Shown: positions 26,566 through 34,489 of the stretch, in pieces
Layout: each line of letters starts with the position of its first letter
How positions within the stretch are numbered: the stretch's first letter is position 1
NCBI GenBank assembly: GCA_041567475.1
Contig: JBFGBS010000001.1
Coordinates: 1 to 34,489, forward strand
DNA length: 34,489 nucleotides
Direction of reading: 5' to 3'
DNA from: Arthrobacter sp.
GTDB lineage: Bacteria > Actinomycetota > Actinomycetes > Actinomycetales > Micrococcaceae
Program-made: the position numbers and the translations under genes
Notes under the pieces: generated by a model
Database searches by the model: none
The model's input: only the letters and a program-made list of their open reading frames with translations
What the model was told of the DNA's origin: nothing

Positions 26566-27048
26566 ATGCCTGATATGGATCGCTGGCCCACGGGCCGCCT
26601 ATTGTCCACGGCAGCGCGCCTTGTCGAACACTCCTGGAACGAAAAACTGGGTGCTATTGGGCTGACTCACGCCGGCGTTATCGCCATGGAAGTGCTGTCT
26701 GCCAACGGACCTATGACGCAGGCCCAGCTGGCCCAACTGGTCCGCGTCCAGGCCCAAACCATGGGGAAGACGCTGAGCAGGCTGGAAGCTCACGGCCACG
26801 TATCGCGGCAGCGCAGCGACTCGGACCGGCGGAGCCAGGTCGTGTCGCTGACCGACCGCGGCCGGACCGCCGTTGCCGAAGCCGCCGACATGGAACGCTC
26901 CGTGCTTGCGGCGACGTCCATTGATCCGGACGTGCTGCGCCAGGAACTGCAGGCCGTCGTCCGGGTGCTTGCCGTCCGGGCCGCCCCTGAGCTCAAGATC
27001 GTCGTCGCGGACGTCGAGTCGGACACCGCCGCCGGGTCCTCTGCCTGA
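26566..27048 (+). CDS. MarR-family regulator (leaderless)
   Basis: GPMTQAQLAQLVRVQAQTMGKTLSRLE..G.VSR....DRRS..V.LT; TATACT -10 box 7 nt before ATG 26566. Confidence 0.92.
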   Translation: MPDMDRWPTGRLLSTAARLVEHSWNEKLGAIGLTHAGVIAMEVLSANGPMTQAQLAQLVRVQAQTMGKTLSRLEAHGHVSRQRSDSDRRSQVVSLTDRGRTAVAEAADMERSVLAATSIDPDVLRQELQAVVRVLAVRAAPELKIVVADVESDTAAGSSA

Positions 27049-27145
27049 GCCAGGCCGCTTGGACGATCCCCGGCACGTCCGGCCTATCGACGGACGGGCT
27101 GCGCCGGAGGAGTATTAAAGGGCAGCCACCCTAAGGAGGTCAGCG

Positions 27146-27334
27146 ATGTGCTATTCATCCAACCGGGATTTCGGCCGTGACATCAGAAAGGATGCCGGCC
27201 GCAAACCTGAAGAGAAACCGGCGCCGCGCGCAAAGCCGGCAGGATTCAAGTTCTGGGCGTTTCCGCAACGCCACCGGGACGTTCCGGCCACGGCCCCTGA
27301 GCCGCGGGCAGAGGCGGCACGCGAACGGGTCTAG
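27146..27334 (+). CDS. Small hypothetical protein (62 aa)
   Basis: Excellent SD AAGGAGGT, isolated intergenic ORF, followed by a hairpin terminator. Confidence 0.6.
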   Translation: MCYSSNRDFGRDIRKDAGRKPEEKPAPRAKPAGFKFWAFPQRHRDVPATAPEPRAEAARERV

Positions 27335-27361
27335 CCCGGAACCTGCAAGCAACAACTAATG

Positions 27362-27386
27362 GAAGGCCCCTGCGAGGGGCCTTCTT
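27362..27386 (+). terminator. Intrinsic terminator after the small ORF
   Basis: GAAGGCCCCT-GCG-AGGGGCCTTC followed by TT. Confidence 0.75.
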
Positions 27387-27423
27387 GCTATACGGGAGCG
27401 GACCGCCGGTGACGCGTGCGAGG

Positions 27424-27477
27424 AAAAAACAAGACCCCGCCTTCACCGGCCGTTAGGCCGGAAAAGACGGGGTCTTG
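27424..27477 (-). terminator. Intrinsic terminator of tRNA-Lys
   Basis: CAAGACCCCG...CGGGGTCTTG stem with an A6 tract on its left (U-tract on the minus strand). Confidence 0.75.
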
Positions 27478-27483
27478 ACTGTG

Positions 27484-27559
27484 TGGTGCACCCCCCGGGA
27501 CTCGAACCCGGAACCCATTGATTAAGAGTCAATTGCTCTGCCAGTTGAGCTAGAGGTGC
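27484..27559 (-). tRNA. tRNA-Lys (anticodon CTT), CCA encoded
   Basis: GCACCTC acceptor stem, anticodon arm ATTGA-CTCTTAA-TCAAT, GGTTCGAGTCC T-arm, 3' ACCA; 76 nt. Confidence 0.97.
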
Positions 27560-27675
27560 ATCTGTTGTTCTCGTTCAGCGCGGGATTTGTTTCCCTCGTT
27601 GTTCTCCGCAACGACATGAAACTCTACACGAGAATTGGTGTGGTGTGAAATCGGCGCCGCGGCCCTGGTGGTGCG

Positions 27676-28821
27676 TCACCTGGACGGGTCCAAAACCAGC
27701 ACAAAATCAGGGTTTTTGTTGTTGCTGAGGACCCACAAGCGGCCGTCCGGGGCCAGCGAAACGCTGCGCAGCCGTCCGTAGGTTCCTGTGAAATAGCCCA
27801 CAGGGTTGGCCGCGAATTCGCCGTTCAAGGGGACCACCCAGAGCCGCTGGCCGCGCAGCGCGCCCACATAGGCGGTGTCGCCGGCGATTTCAAGGCCGCT
27901 GGGCGAGGAGTCCGCCGTGGACGGCCACACGACTTTCGCGTCGAGGAACCCGGGGCGCTGCGGGGCTCCCGTGACTTCGGGCCAGCCATAGTTGCCGCCG
28001 GGGACGATCAGGTTGAGTTCATCGTTGACCTCGGGGCCGAACTCGCTGGACCACAACCGGCCGGCGCTGTCCCAGGCGAGGCCTTGGACGTTGCGGTGGC
28101 CCAGGCTGTAGACGGGATTGTCGGCGAACGGATTGCCGGGGGCGGGATCACCGTCCGGCGTCAGCCGGAGGATCTTGCCACCCAGGGCATTCTTGTCCTG
28201 GGGTTGGTCGCGGCGTTGCGAATCGCCCGTTCCCACGTACAGGTAGCCGTCCGGGCCAAAGCGGATCCTGCCGCCGTTATGGGTCCGGGCCTTGGGGATC
28301 CCCGTGAAGATGACTTCCGGCGGACCGAGGGTGAGCTGCTGCCCGCTGCCGTCGAGGCGAAGGCGGGCGATCCGGTTGTCCTCGGCAGCCGTGAAGTAGG
28401 CATAGAGATACCGGTCCTGGCCGAAATCGGGGGACAGGGCCAGGCCCAGCAGCCCGCCTTCGCCGCCGGGGACGACGCCGGGTACCTGGCCGATCACGGT
28501 TGCCGCCGTACTGCCCGCCGGTCCGTCGCCGGCCAGGCTTGCAGGCAGGGACTTCAGCAGCGCCGTGTCCCGTTCGCTGATGACGGCGGTGCCGTCCGGC
28601 AGGAAGACCGTGGACCAGGGCAGCTGCAGCCCGGCGTCGATCGTCCCGATGACCGAAGGCGGGGCCTGCCCGGGGAGTCCGCCGCTGCCGCCCGAGCCGG
28701 CGGGCGCGGCCCCGTTGCCGGTGCAGGAGGCGAGTGCGAGCCCGACGGCGACCGCGGCGGCGCTCCGGGCCAGCCACCGGCGCGCGTGGCTCCGGCCTGC
28801 CGCGGTCCTCCGATGAGTCAT
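27676..28821 (-). CDS. PQQ-dependent sugar dehydrogenase (glucose/sorbosone family) lipoprotein
   Basis: L..PW...FLPDG, GEGGLLGLAL.P.F, HNGGRI.FGPDG.LY..TGD, GHRNVQG, NYGWP motifs; lipobox LASC. Confidence 0.9.
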   Translation of the reverse strand: MTHRRTAAGRSHARRWLARSAAAVAVGLALASCTGNGAAPAGSGGSGGLPGQAPPSVIGTIDAGLQLPWSTVFLPDGTAVISERDTALLKSLPASLAGDGPAGSTAATVIGQVPGVVPGGEGGLLGLALSPDFGQDRYLYAYFTAAEDNRIARLRLDGSGQQLTLGPPEVIFTGIPKARTHNGGRIRFGPDGYLYVGTGDSQRRDQPQDKNALGGKILRLTPDGDPAPGNPFADNPVYSLGHRNVQGLAWDSAGRLWSSEFGPEVNDELNLIVPGGNYGWPEVTGAPQRPGFLDAKVVWPSTADSSPSGLEIAGDTAYVGALRGQRLWVVPLNGEFAANPVGYFTGTYGRLRSVSLAPDGRLWVLSNNKNPDFVLVLDPSR

Positions 28822-28862
28822 CACGTCAGGGGGTGCGGCGCGGCCACCGGCGGGCTTTCCGG

Positions 28863-29846
28863 TTACCGGCGGGTCCGGCGCGGGGGCCTGAAGCCGGCCG
28901 CCTCGGCGTGGGCGGGGGAGAGGAACCAGACCTCGGCGCGGGTTTCCTCAAACGCCGGGCTCGTCTCGTCGTGGTACGTCATCGACGACGCGTCTCCCTT
29001 GACGGAGAAACCATCAGGTCCGCTGCCGTCGGCAGCGGGGGCCGCCGAGCCCTCGCCGTAGGGTTGCCCGGCCGCGAGGTGGCCTGCGGGTTCGGCTTGC
29101 GGGGCCGCCTGGTCCGCAGGCTGTCCTGCGGAGTCGGTCTGCGGGGCCGCCTGGTCCGCAGACTGGCCTGCGGGTTCGGCGGTGTGGCCGACGGGTTCGG
29201 CAGTGTGGCTCGCAAACGACTCAGCGGCTGCCGAGGACTGCGTGGTCTGCAGGATCTCAGCTTCCGCCAGCGGCGCCTTCCCGGCATCCCGCGGTTCGCC
29301 GCCGGCCGGAGTTTCAGCCGCTGCCGGTTCGGCCGCCTCGGCCGGGGCGCCCTGCGGAGCAGTTGGCCCGGTCTCAGCTTCTTCCAGCGTCTCGGCCGCG
29401 GCGGACTCCGCGCCGGGCAGGGTCGGTGCGTGCGGTTCCGTGTACTCGGGGTGGTGGACGGGCTCATGGGCGGCCGGTTCGACGCGGGATTCCTCCGGCA
29501 CATCGGCCTTCCGCTCAGCCGCAGCCGGAGCCGCAGTCTCAGTCCCAGCCGCAGTATCTCCCGTCTCCGGCGCATCGGCCTTGGCGGCCTCAGCCTCCGG
29601 CCGCCGTGTGTCCGGCTGCGCTTCATTGGCGGGTACCGAGGCGGCCGGGGCCGAGGCGGCGGGTCCAGAGGCAACGGGCGGAACGGCGGTGGCCGCCGCG
29701 GAGGGGGCCGCCGCGGAGGGCGTGGAGGCGGCGGAGCCGTTGACGGCGTCCGGGCCCGGAGCGCTGCGGGCGTTATTGCGGTTCAGCAGCCACCAGACGA
29801 CGGCGACAATGGCTACGATGACGATCAGCCAGAGAATCCAATCCAT
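28863..29846 (-). CDS. Membrane-anchored Ala/Pro/Glu-rich protein with small conserved C-terminal domain
   Basis: N-terminal TM (MDWILWLIVIVAIVAVVWWLL), long low-complexity acidic linker, C-terminal VKGD..SM.YH...SP....T.AEVWF.....AEAAGF. Confidence 0.8.
   Translation of the reverse strand: MDWILWLIVIVAIVAVVWWLLNRNNARSAPGPDAVNGSAASTPSAAAPSAAATAVPPVASGPAASAPAASVPANEAQPDTRRPEAEAAKADAPETGDTAAGTETAAPAAAERKADVPEESRVEPAAHEPVHHPEYTEPHAPTLPGAESAAAETLEEAETGPTAPQGAPAEAAEPAAAETPAGGEPRDAGKAPLAEAEILQTTQSSAAAESFASHTAEPVGHTAEPAGQSADQAAPQTDSAGQPADQAAPQAEPAGHLAAGQPYGEGSAAPAADGSGPDGFSVKGDASSMTYHDETSPAFEETRAEVWFLSPAHAEAAGFRPPRRTRR
29080..29209. repeat. In-frame 42-bp and 21-bp coding repeats
   Basis: TGGCCTGCGGGTTCGGC-like unit at 29080, 29122 and 29164 (period 42), encoding EPAGQSADQAAPQT / DSAGQPADQAAPQA; plus HTAEP x2. 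Confidence 0.8.
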
Positions 29847-30029
29847 AGCAAAGTCCTTCTGTCATTGAGGCGCTTGCAGTTGCTTGACGTTACGACGCGC
29901 CCCGGCGGCCTGTCCACCCTTGGGGGACGCGCCCGCCGGGATGGAGTATTCCCGGGCGCGGCCGCCCCGGCCGCCTAATTGCGTGAAGGAGTCGAGAACC
30001 GTACGGGCTCCGCGGTGTAGCCTCGCTTC

Positions 30030-30971
30030 ATGGATTTCAAGCGACTGCGGATTCTCCGCGAGCTTTCCGAACGGGGTACGGTCGGCGGCACGGCCGAGGC
30101 CTTGAAAGTGACGCCGTCGGCCGTGTCCCAGCAGCTCAAGACCCTGCAGGAGGAACTCGGCGTCGTCCTCGTGGAGAAATCAGGCCGCGGGGTCCGGCTC
30201 ACGGAAGCGGGGCTGGCCATGGCCGGCGCCGCGGCCGACCTCTCAACGGCGGTGGCGCGCGCGGAGGCCACCATCGACATGTACCGCCTCGGGCGGCAGA
30301 CCCACGTCAGGGCCGCGTTCTTCCCCAGCGCCGCCGAAATGTTCCTGCCGGGCCTGCTGCACCGCACCAAGGAAATCGACGGACTCCGCTTCGAGGCGCA
30401 CTTCCAGGATCCGGCCGTCGCCGGATTCGCCGGGCTGACCGCGGACTATGACATCGTGCTCGCGCACAGTGTCGACGGCGCGGACGTCTTCGCCCGCCGC
30501 GGCCTCACGGTGGTGCCGCTGTTGGAGGAGCCGCTGGACGTGGCCCTGCCGGTCGGCCATCCGCTGGCCGAGAAGGACTCGCTCACGGCGGCGGACGTCG
30601 TCGGCTTCCCCTGGATGGGCATGCCGGAAGGATTTCCCTTCGACACCGTGGTGCGCCGGATTGAACTCCAGGCCGACACCCCGGTGTTCCGGGCCCAGCT
30701 CTTCCCCGATCTCCGGGTGCTCGAGGCGCTGGTCAGTGCCGGACACGGGCTCACCGTATTGCCCCGGTTCACGGCCCTCAGGAACCAGGGCCGCGGGTTC
30801 GTCCTGCGTCCGCTGGAAGGCCTCGACGCGAGCCGGACCATTGTTGCCCTGGCGCGTCCCGACGTGGCGGCCCGGACCACCATCCAGCAGGTGCTCGCCA
30901 TGCTGGTTGCCGAGGCGGAGTCGGTCGCCGCGGCCCCCGGCCTGGGTGACGCAACTCACAGCGCGGAGTGA
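30030..30971 (+). CDS. LysR-family transcriptional regulator
   Basis: MDFKRLRIL...GTV...AEAL.VTPSAVSQQL..L..ELGV.L.E..GR.V.LT.AG HTH and substrate-binding domain; TAGCCT -10 box 6 nt before ATG. Confidence 0.94.
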   Translation: MDFKRLRILRELSERGTVGGTAEALKVTPSAVSQQLKTLQEELGVVLVEKSGRGVRLTEAGLAMAGAAADLSTAVARAEATIDMYRLGRQTHVRAAFFPSAAEMFLPGLLHRTKEIDGLRFEAHFQDPAVAGFAGLTADYDIVLAHSVDGADVFARRGLTVVPLLEEPLDVALPVGHPLAEKDSLTAADVVGFPWMGMPEGFPFDTVVRRIELQADTPVFRAQLFPDLRVLEALVSAGHGLTVLPRFTALRNQGRGFVLRPLEGLDASRTIVALARPDVAARTTIQQVLAMLVAEAESVAAAPGLGDATHSAE

Positions 30972-30985
30972 AACCATCACCGGAC

Positions 30986-31020
30986 GTCCAAATAGCGAGA
31001 CGCCTGTCCATTATCTGGTC
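30986..31020. promoter_or_regulatory. Candidate IclR-family (NdgR/LtbR-type) operators upstream of ilvD
   Basis: GTCCAAATAGCGAGAC (30986-31001) and GTCCATTATCTGGTC (31006-31020); the first matches a site upstream of ilvB. Confidence 0.55.
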
Positions 31021-31096
31021 GAAATATTCGCGGAATCGGCGTAAATTCGGCAGGGCCGGTCGCTGGCACCTCCCGCGGAGCCCTAGACTTTGACCC

Positions 31097-32818
31097 ATGA
31101 GTGAGGACACCCAAACAGCAACCGAATCCACGCCGGACATCAAACCCCGCAGCCGGGTCGTTACCGACGGAATCCATGCCGCCCCCGCGCGCGGAATGTT
31201 CCGTGCGGTCGGGATGGGCGACGACGACTTCGCCAAGCCCCAGATCGGCGTGGCCAGCTCCTGGAACGAAATCACTCCCTGCAACCTTTCCCTGAACCGG
31301 CTGGCCCAGGGCGCCAAGGAAGGCGTCCACGCCGGCGGCGGATTCCCCATGCAGTTCGGCACCATCTCCGTCTCCGACGGCATCTCCATGGGCCATGAGG
31401 GCATGCACTTCTCGCTCGTCTCCCGTGAAGTCATTGCGGACTCGGTCGAGACCGTGATGCAGGCCGAGCGGATCGATGGCTCCGTGCTGCTCGCCGGCTG
31501 CGACAAGTCCCTCCCGGGCATGCTGATGGCTGCGGCCCGGCTCGACCTCGCGAGCGTATTCCTCTACGCCGGCTCCATCATGCCGGGCTGGGTCAAGCTC
31601 GAGGACGGCTCCGAGAAGGAAGTCACCCTCATTGACGCCTTCGAGGCCGTCGGTGCCTGCGCGGCGGGCAAGATGAGCCTGGGGGACCTGGAGCGCATCG
31701 AGAAAGCGATCTGCCCTGGCGAAGGCGCCTGCGGCGGAATGTATACAGCCAACACGATGGCCTGCATCGGCGAGGCCCTCGGGATGTCCCTGCCCGGTTC
31801 CGCCGCTCCGCCCTCGGCGGACCGCCGCCGCGACGAGTTCGCCCGCAAGTCCGGCGAAGCCGTCGTCAACCTGCTGCGCAAGGGCATCACTGCCCGCGAC
31901 ATCATGACCAAGAAGGCCTTCGAAAACGCGATCGCCGTCACCATGGCCTTCGGCGGCTCCACCAACGCGGTGCTGCACCTGCTGGCAATCGCCCGCGAAG
32001 CGGAAGTCGAACTGAGCCTGGATGACTTCAACCGGATCGGCGACAAGATCCCGCACCTGGGTGACCTGAAGCCCTTCGGCCGCTACGTGATGACGGACGT
32101 CGACAAAATCGGCGGCGTGCCGGTGATCATGAAAGCCCTGCTCGACGCCGGCCTGCTGCACGGCGACTGCCTCACCGTCACCGGTAAGACCATCGCGGAA
32201 AACCTGTCCGCGATCAACCCGCCGGACCTCGACGGCAAGATCCTCCGCGCCATGGACAACCCCATTCACAAGACCGGCGGCATCACGATCCTGCACGGCT
32301 CCATGGCCCCCGAGGGTGCCGTGGTCAAGAGCGCCGGCTTCGATGCCGACGTCTTCGAAGGCTCCGCCCGGGTCTTCGAACGCGAGCAGGGCGCCCTGGA
32401 TGCCCTGGACCGGGGCGAGATCCAGGCCGGCGACGTCGTGGTCATCCGGTACGAAGGCCCCAAGGGCGGACCCGGCATGCGTGAAATGCTCGCCATTACC
32501 GGCGCCATCAAGGGAGCCGGACTCGGCAAGGATGTCCTCCTGCTGACCGACGGCCGGTTCTCCGGCGGCACCACGGGCCTGTGCATCGGCCACGTCGCCC
32601 CCGAAGCGGTCGACGGCGGCCCCATCGCCTTCGTCAAGGACGGCGACCGGATCCGCGTCGACATCGCAGCCCGCTCCTTCGACCTTTTGGTCGATGCCGA
32701 CGAGCTCGAAGCACGCAAGGAAGGCTGGCAGCCGCTGCCCGCGAAGTTCACCAAGGGTGTGCTCGCCAAGTACGCCAAGCTCGTCCACAGCGCCTCGACG
32801 GGCGCTTACTGCGGGTAG
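31097..32818 (+). CDS. ilvD: Dihydroxy-acid dehydratase
   Basis: [63 protein letters not shown]. Confidence 0.98.
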   Translation: MSEDTQTATESTPDIKPRSRVVTDGIHAAPARGMFRAVGMGDDDFAKPQIGVASSWNEITPCNLSLNRLAQGAKEGVHAGGGFPMQFGTISVSDGISMGHEGMHFSLVSREVIADSVETVMQAERIDGSVLLAGCDKSLPGMLMAAARLDLASVFLYAGSIMPGWVKLEDGSEKEVTLIDAFEAVGACAAGKMSLGDLERIEKAICPGEGACGGMYTANTMACIGEALGMSLPGSAAPPSADRRRDEFARKSGEAVVNLLRKGITARDIMTKKAFENAIAVTMAFGGSTNAVLHLLAIAREAEVELSLDDFNRIGDKIPHLGDLKPFGRYVMTDVDKIGGVPVIMKALLDAGLLHGDCLTVTGKTIAENLSAINPPDLDGKILRAMDNPIHKTGGITILHGSMAPEGAVVKSAGFDADVFEGSARVFEREQGALDALDRGEIQAGDVVVIRYEGPKGGPGMREMLAITGAIKGAGLGKDVLLLTDGRFSGGTTGLCIGHVAPEAVDGGPIAFVKDGDRIRVDIAARSFDLLVDADELEARKEGWQPLPAKFTKGVLAKYAKLVHSASTGAYCG

Positions 32819-32822
32819 CGCC

Positions 32823-32859
32823 GATCCCGCGGCGGCGGCCGGTCCGCCGCCGCGGGATC
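32823..32859 (+). terminator. Hairpin downstream of ilvD
   Basis: 16-bp perfect stem GATCCCGCGGCGGCGG-CCGGT-CCGCCGCCGCGGGATC, no long U-tract. Confidence 0.7.
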
Positions 32860-32864
32860 ACTTA

Positions 32865-32892
32865 GTGGACAAAGACGTCCACATCGTGAGAC
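32865..32892. promoter_or_regulatory. Candidate IclR-family (NdgR/LtbR-type) operator upstream of the ilvB promoter
   Basis: GTGGAC-N6-GTCCAC dyad overlapping GTCCACATCGTGAGAC (32877-32892). Confidence 0.55.
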
Positions 32893-32906
32893 AGGAGGTG
32901 GGCTCG

Positions 32907-32936
32907 TTGACACCTCTCTCACTCAGAGGGAACACT
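32907..32936 (+). promoter_or_regulatory. ilvB operon promoter
   Basis: TTGACA-N18-AACACT, 6 nt before the leader-peptide ATG. Confidence 0.7.
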
Positions 32937-32942
32937 AAACGC

Positions 32943-33017
32943 ATGATCAAGTTCGTAGCCGACGGCGTCACCGCTGCTGACGTCACCGTCGTACTTACCA
33001 AGCGCGTGGCTAGATAG
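32943..33017 (+). CDS. ilvB attenuator leader peptide (24 aa)
   Basis: [24 protein letters not shown]: 6 Val, 1 Ile, 1 Leu, 3 Thr, directly upstream of a terminator and ilvB. Confidence 0.85.
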   Translation: MIKFVADGVTAADVTVVLTKRVAR

Positions 33018-33045
33018 CCGGTCCTGGTAACGAACCATCACGCGC

Positions 33046-33083
33046 AACCCCTCGAAGAGCCGGCCAGGCTGAGGGGTTTTTTT
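33046..33083 (+). terminator. Attenuator terminator of the ilvB leader
   Basis: AACCCCTC...GAGGGGTT stem followed by a T-run; upstream GCGCGTG (33002) / CACGCGC (33039) protector pairing. Confidence 0.88.
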
Positions 33084-33151
33084 ATTCCCGCAACACCCGC
33101 ACCATCCCGATCGCCGAAGATCCACCAGTAGATCCACAAAGGAAGAGTCCG

Positions 33152-34489
33152 ATGAGCAAAGGATCGCCGATCAGCCCCTCGCTGATGGCCTCAAAGTCCA
33201 CTGGAGCCCACAAGGCTTCGGAACGCGTCGACCGCACGGCTGATGCCGCCGTCGACACTGCCGCCGTCTCTCCTGTCCTTGGGCCGAACACCGTCGTACC
33301 CCCGACGGTGATGACCGGCTCGCAAGCAATCGTCCGCGCGCTCGAAGAACTCGGCGTCGACGATATTTTTGGTTTGCCCGGTGGCGCGATCCTGCCCACC
33401 TATGACCCTCTGATGGCTTCCCGAATGAACCACGTTCTGGTCCGTCACGAGCAGGGAGCCGGCCACGCCGCGCAAGGCTATGCCATGGTTACCGGGCGGG
33501 TCGGCGTCTGCATCGCCACCTCGGGCCCCGGAGCCACCAACCTCGTGACCGCCATCATGGACGCCCACATGGACTCCGTGCCGATGGTTGCCATCACCGG
33601 GCAGGTCTCCAGCGGAGTCATCGGTACCGATGCCTTCCAGGAAGCAGACATTGTCGGCATCACCATGCCGATCACCAAGCACTCCTTCCTGGTCACGGAC
33701 CCGAATGACATCCCGCATGTTATGGCCGAAGCTTTCCACCTGGCCTCCACCGGCCGGCCGGGTCCCGTCCTCGTGGACATCGCCAAGGACGCGCAGCAGG
33801 GTGAAATGACCTTCTCCTGGCCGCCCAAAATCGACCTCCCCGGCTACCGCCCCGTGCTGCGCGGCCACAGCAAGCAGCTCCGCGAAGCCGCTCGGCTCAT
33901 CGCGGCGGCCGCCAAGCCCGTCCTGTACGTCGGCGGCGGCGTCATCAAGGCCCACGCTTCGGCCGAACTGCGTGAACTCGCCGAACTGACCGGCGCTCCC
34001 GTGGTCACCACGCTGATGGCCCGCGGCGTCTTCCCGGACTCGCACCCCCAGCACGTGGGCATGCCCGGCATGCACGGGACGGTCTCCGCCGTCACTGCCC
34101 TGCAGCAGTCCGACCTGCTGATCACGCTCGGCGCGCGCTTCGATGACCGGGTGACCGGCATCCTGAAGTCCTTCGCACCGCTCGCCAAGGTCATCCACGC
34201 CGACATCGATCCGGCGGAGATCTCCAAAAACCGCACAGCCGACGTGCCGATCGTCGGTTCGGTCAAGGAAATCATCCCCGAACTCAGCGACGCCGTCCGC
34301 GTGCAGTTCGAGGCCGCCGGAACCCCGGACCTGACCAGCTGGTGGGCCTTCCTGAACAACCTCAAGGAAACCTACCCGCTGGGCTGGACGGAGCCGGAGG
34401 ACGGCCTGAGCGCCCCGCAACGCGTGATCGAACGCATCGGTGCCCTCACCGGTCCCGAAGGCGTCTACGTCGCCGGCGTCGGCCAGCAC
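33152..34489 (+). CDS. ilvB: Acetolactate synthase large subunit (3' truncated by window)
   Basis: Manual translation from ATG 33152 (SD AAAGGAAG): MSKGSPISP...[34 protein letters not shown]...[16 protein letters not shown]...[12 protein letters not shown]...GTDAFQEAD; open to the window end. Confidence 0.97.
   Translation, partial: MSKGSPISPSLMASKSTGAHKASERVDRTADAAVDTAAVSPVLGPNTVVPPTVMTGSQAIVRALEELGVDDIFGLPGGAILPTYDPLMASRMNHVLVRHEQGAGHAAQGYAMVTGRVGVCIATSGPGATNLVTAIMDAHMDSVPMVAITGQVSSGVIGTDAFQEADIVGITMPITKHSFLVTDPNDIPHVMAEAFHLASTGRPGPVLVDIAKDAQQGEMTFSWPPKIDLPGYRPVLRGHSKQLREAARLIAAAAKPVLYVGGGVIKAHASAELRELAELTGAPVVTTLMARGVFPDSHPQHVGMPGMHGTVSAVTALQQSDLLITLGARFDDRVTGILKSFAPLAKVIHADIDPAEISKNRTADVPIVGSVKEIIPELSDAVRVQFEAAGTPDLTSWWAFLNNLKETYPLGWTEPEDGLSAPQRVIERIGALTGPEGVYVAGVGQH

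Noticed and set aside
25811-27559. Prophage or integrative element at tRNA-Leu or tRNA-Lys
   Set aside because: No integrase, phage genes or duplicated tRNA 3' ends seen.
30977-34489. Long antisense ORFs (603 aa and 432 aa) opposite ilvD and ilvB, and similar ones opposite nadA, mqo, the RND and binding-protein genes
   Set aside because: Typical stop-poor shadow frames of high-GC coding DNA, with no motifs or translation signals.

Overview
High-GC actinobacterial chromosome segment. Gene content, leaderless promoters and regulatory motifs suggest Micrococcaceae such as Arthrobacter/Pseudarthrobacter (inference). Left to right: the end of a probable IS30-family element at the window edge; a minus-strand cluster of amino-acid permease, PhzF-like isomerase, 2-oxoacid dehydrogenase E1alpha and E1beta, a stand-alone lipoyl domain and an alpha/beta-hydrolase, with a divergent Lrp/AsnC regulator; an nrtR-nadA-nadB-nadC-cysteine desulfurase NAD operon with a clear NrtR operator; small membrane genes, DUF1684, a transglutaminase-like gene and an LLM monooxygenase-MarR pair; an orphan RND pump, mqo, an orphan ABC family-5 binding lipoprotein, a fasciclin lipoprotein with a SigK-type promoter, a cysteine hydrolase, tRNA-Leu(TAG), bcp, MarR, tRNA-Lys(CTT), a PQQ-type sugar dehydrogenase, a low-complexity membrane protein and LysR; then ilvD, the ilvB leader-peptide attenuator and a truncated ilvB. 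The best candidate for an undescribed system is the 2-oxoacid dehydrogenase operon with no E2 catalytic core, where a free lipoyl carrier is followed closely by a Ser-Asp-His hydrolase, resembling a split AcoC-type E2. All protein calls rest on motif recognition by eye; no database searches were run.
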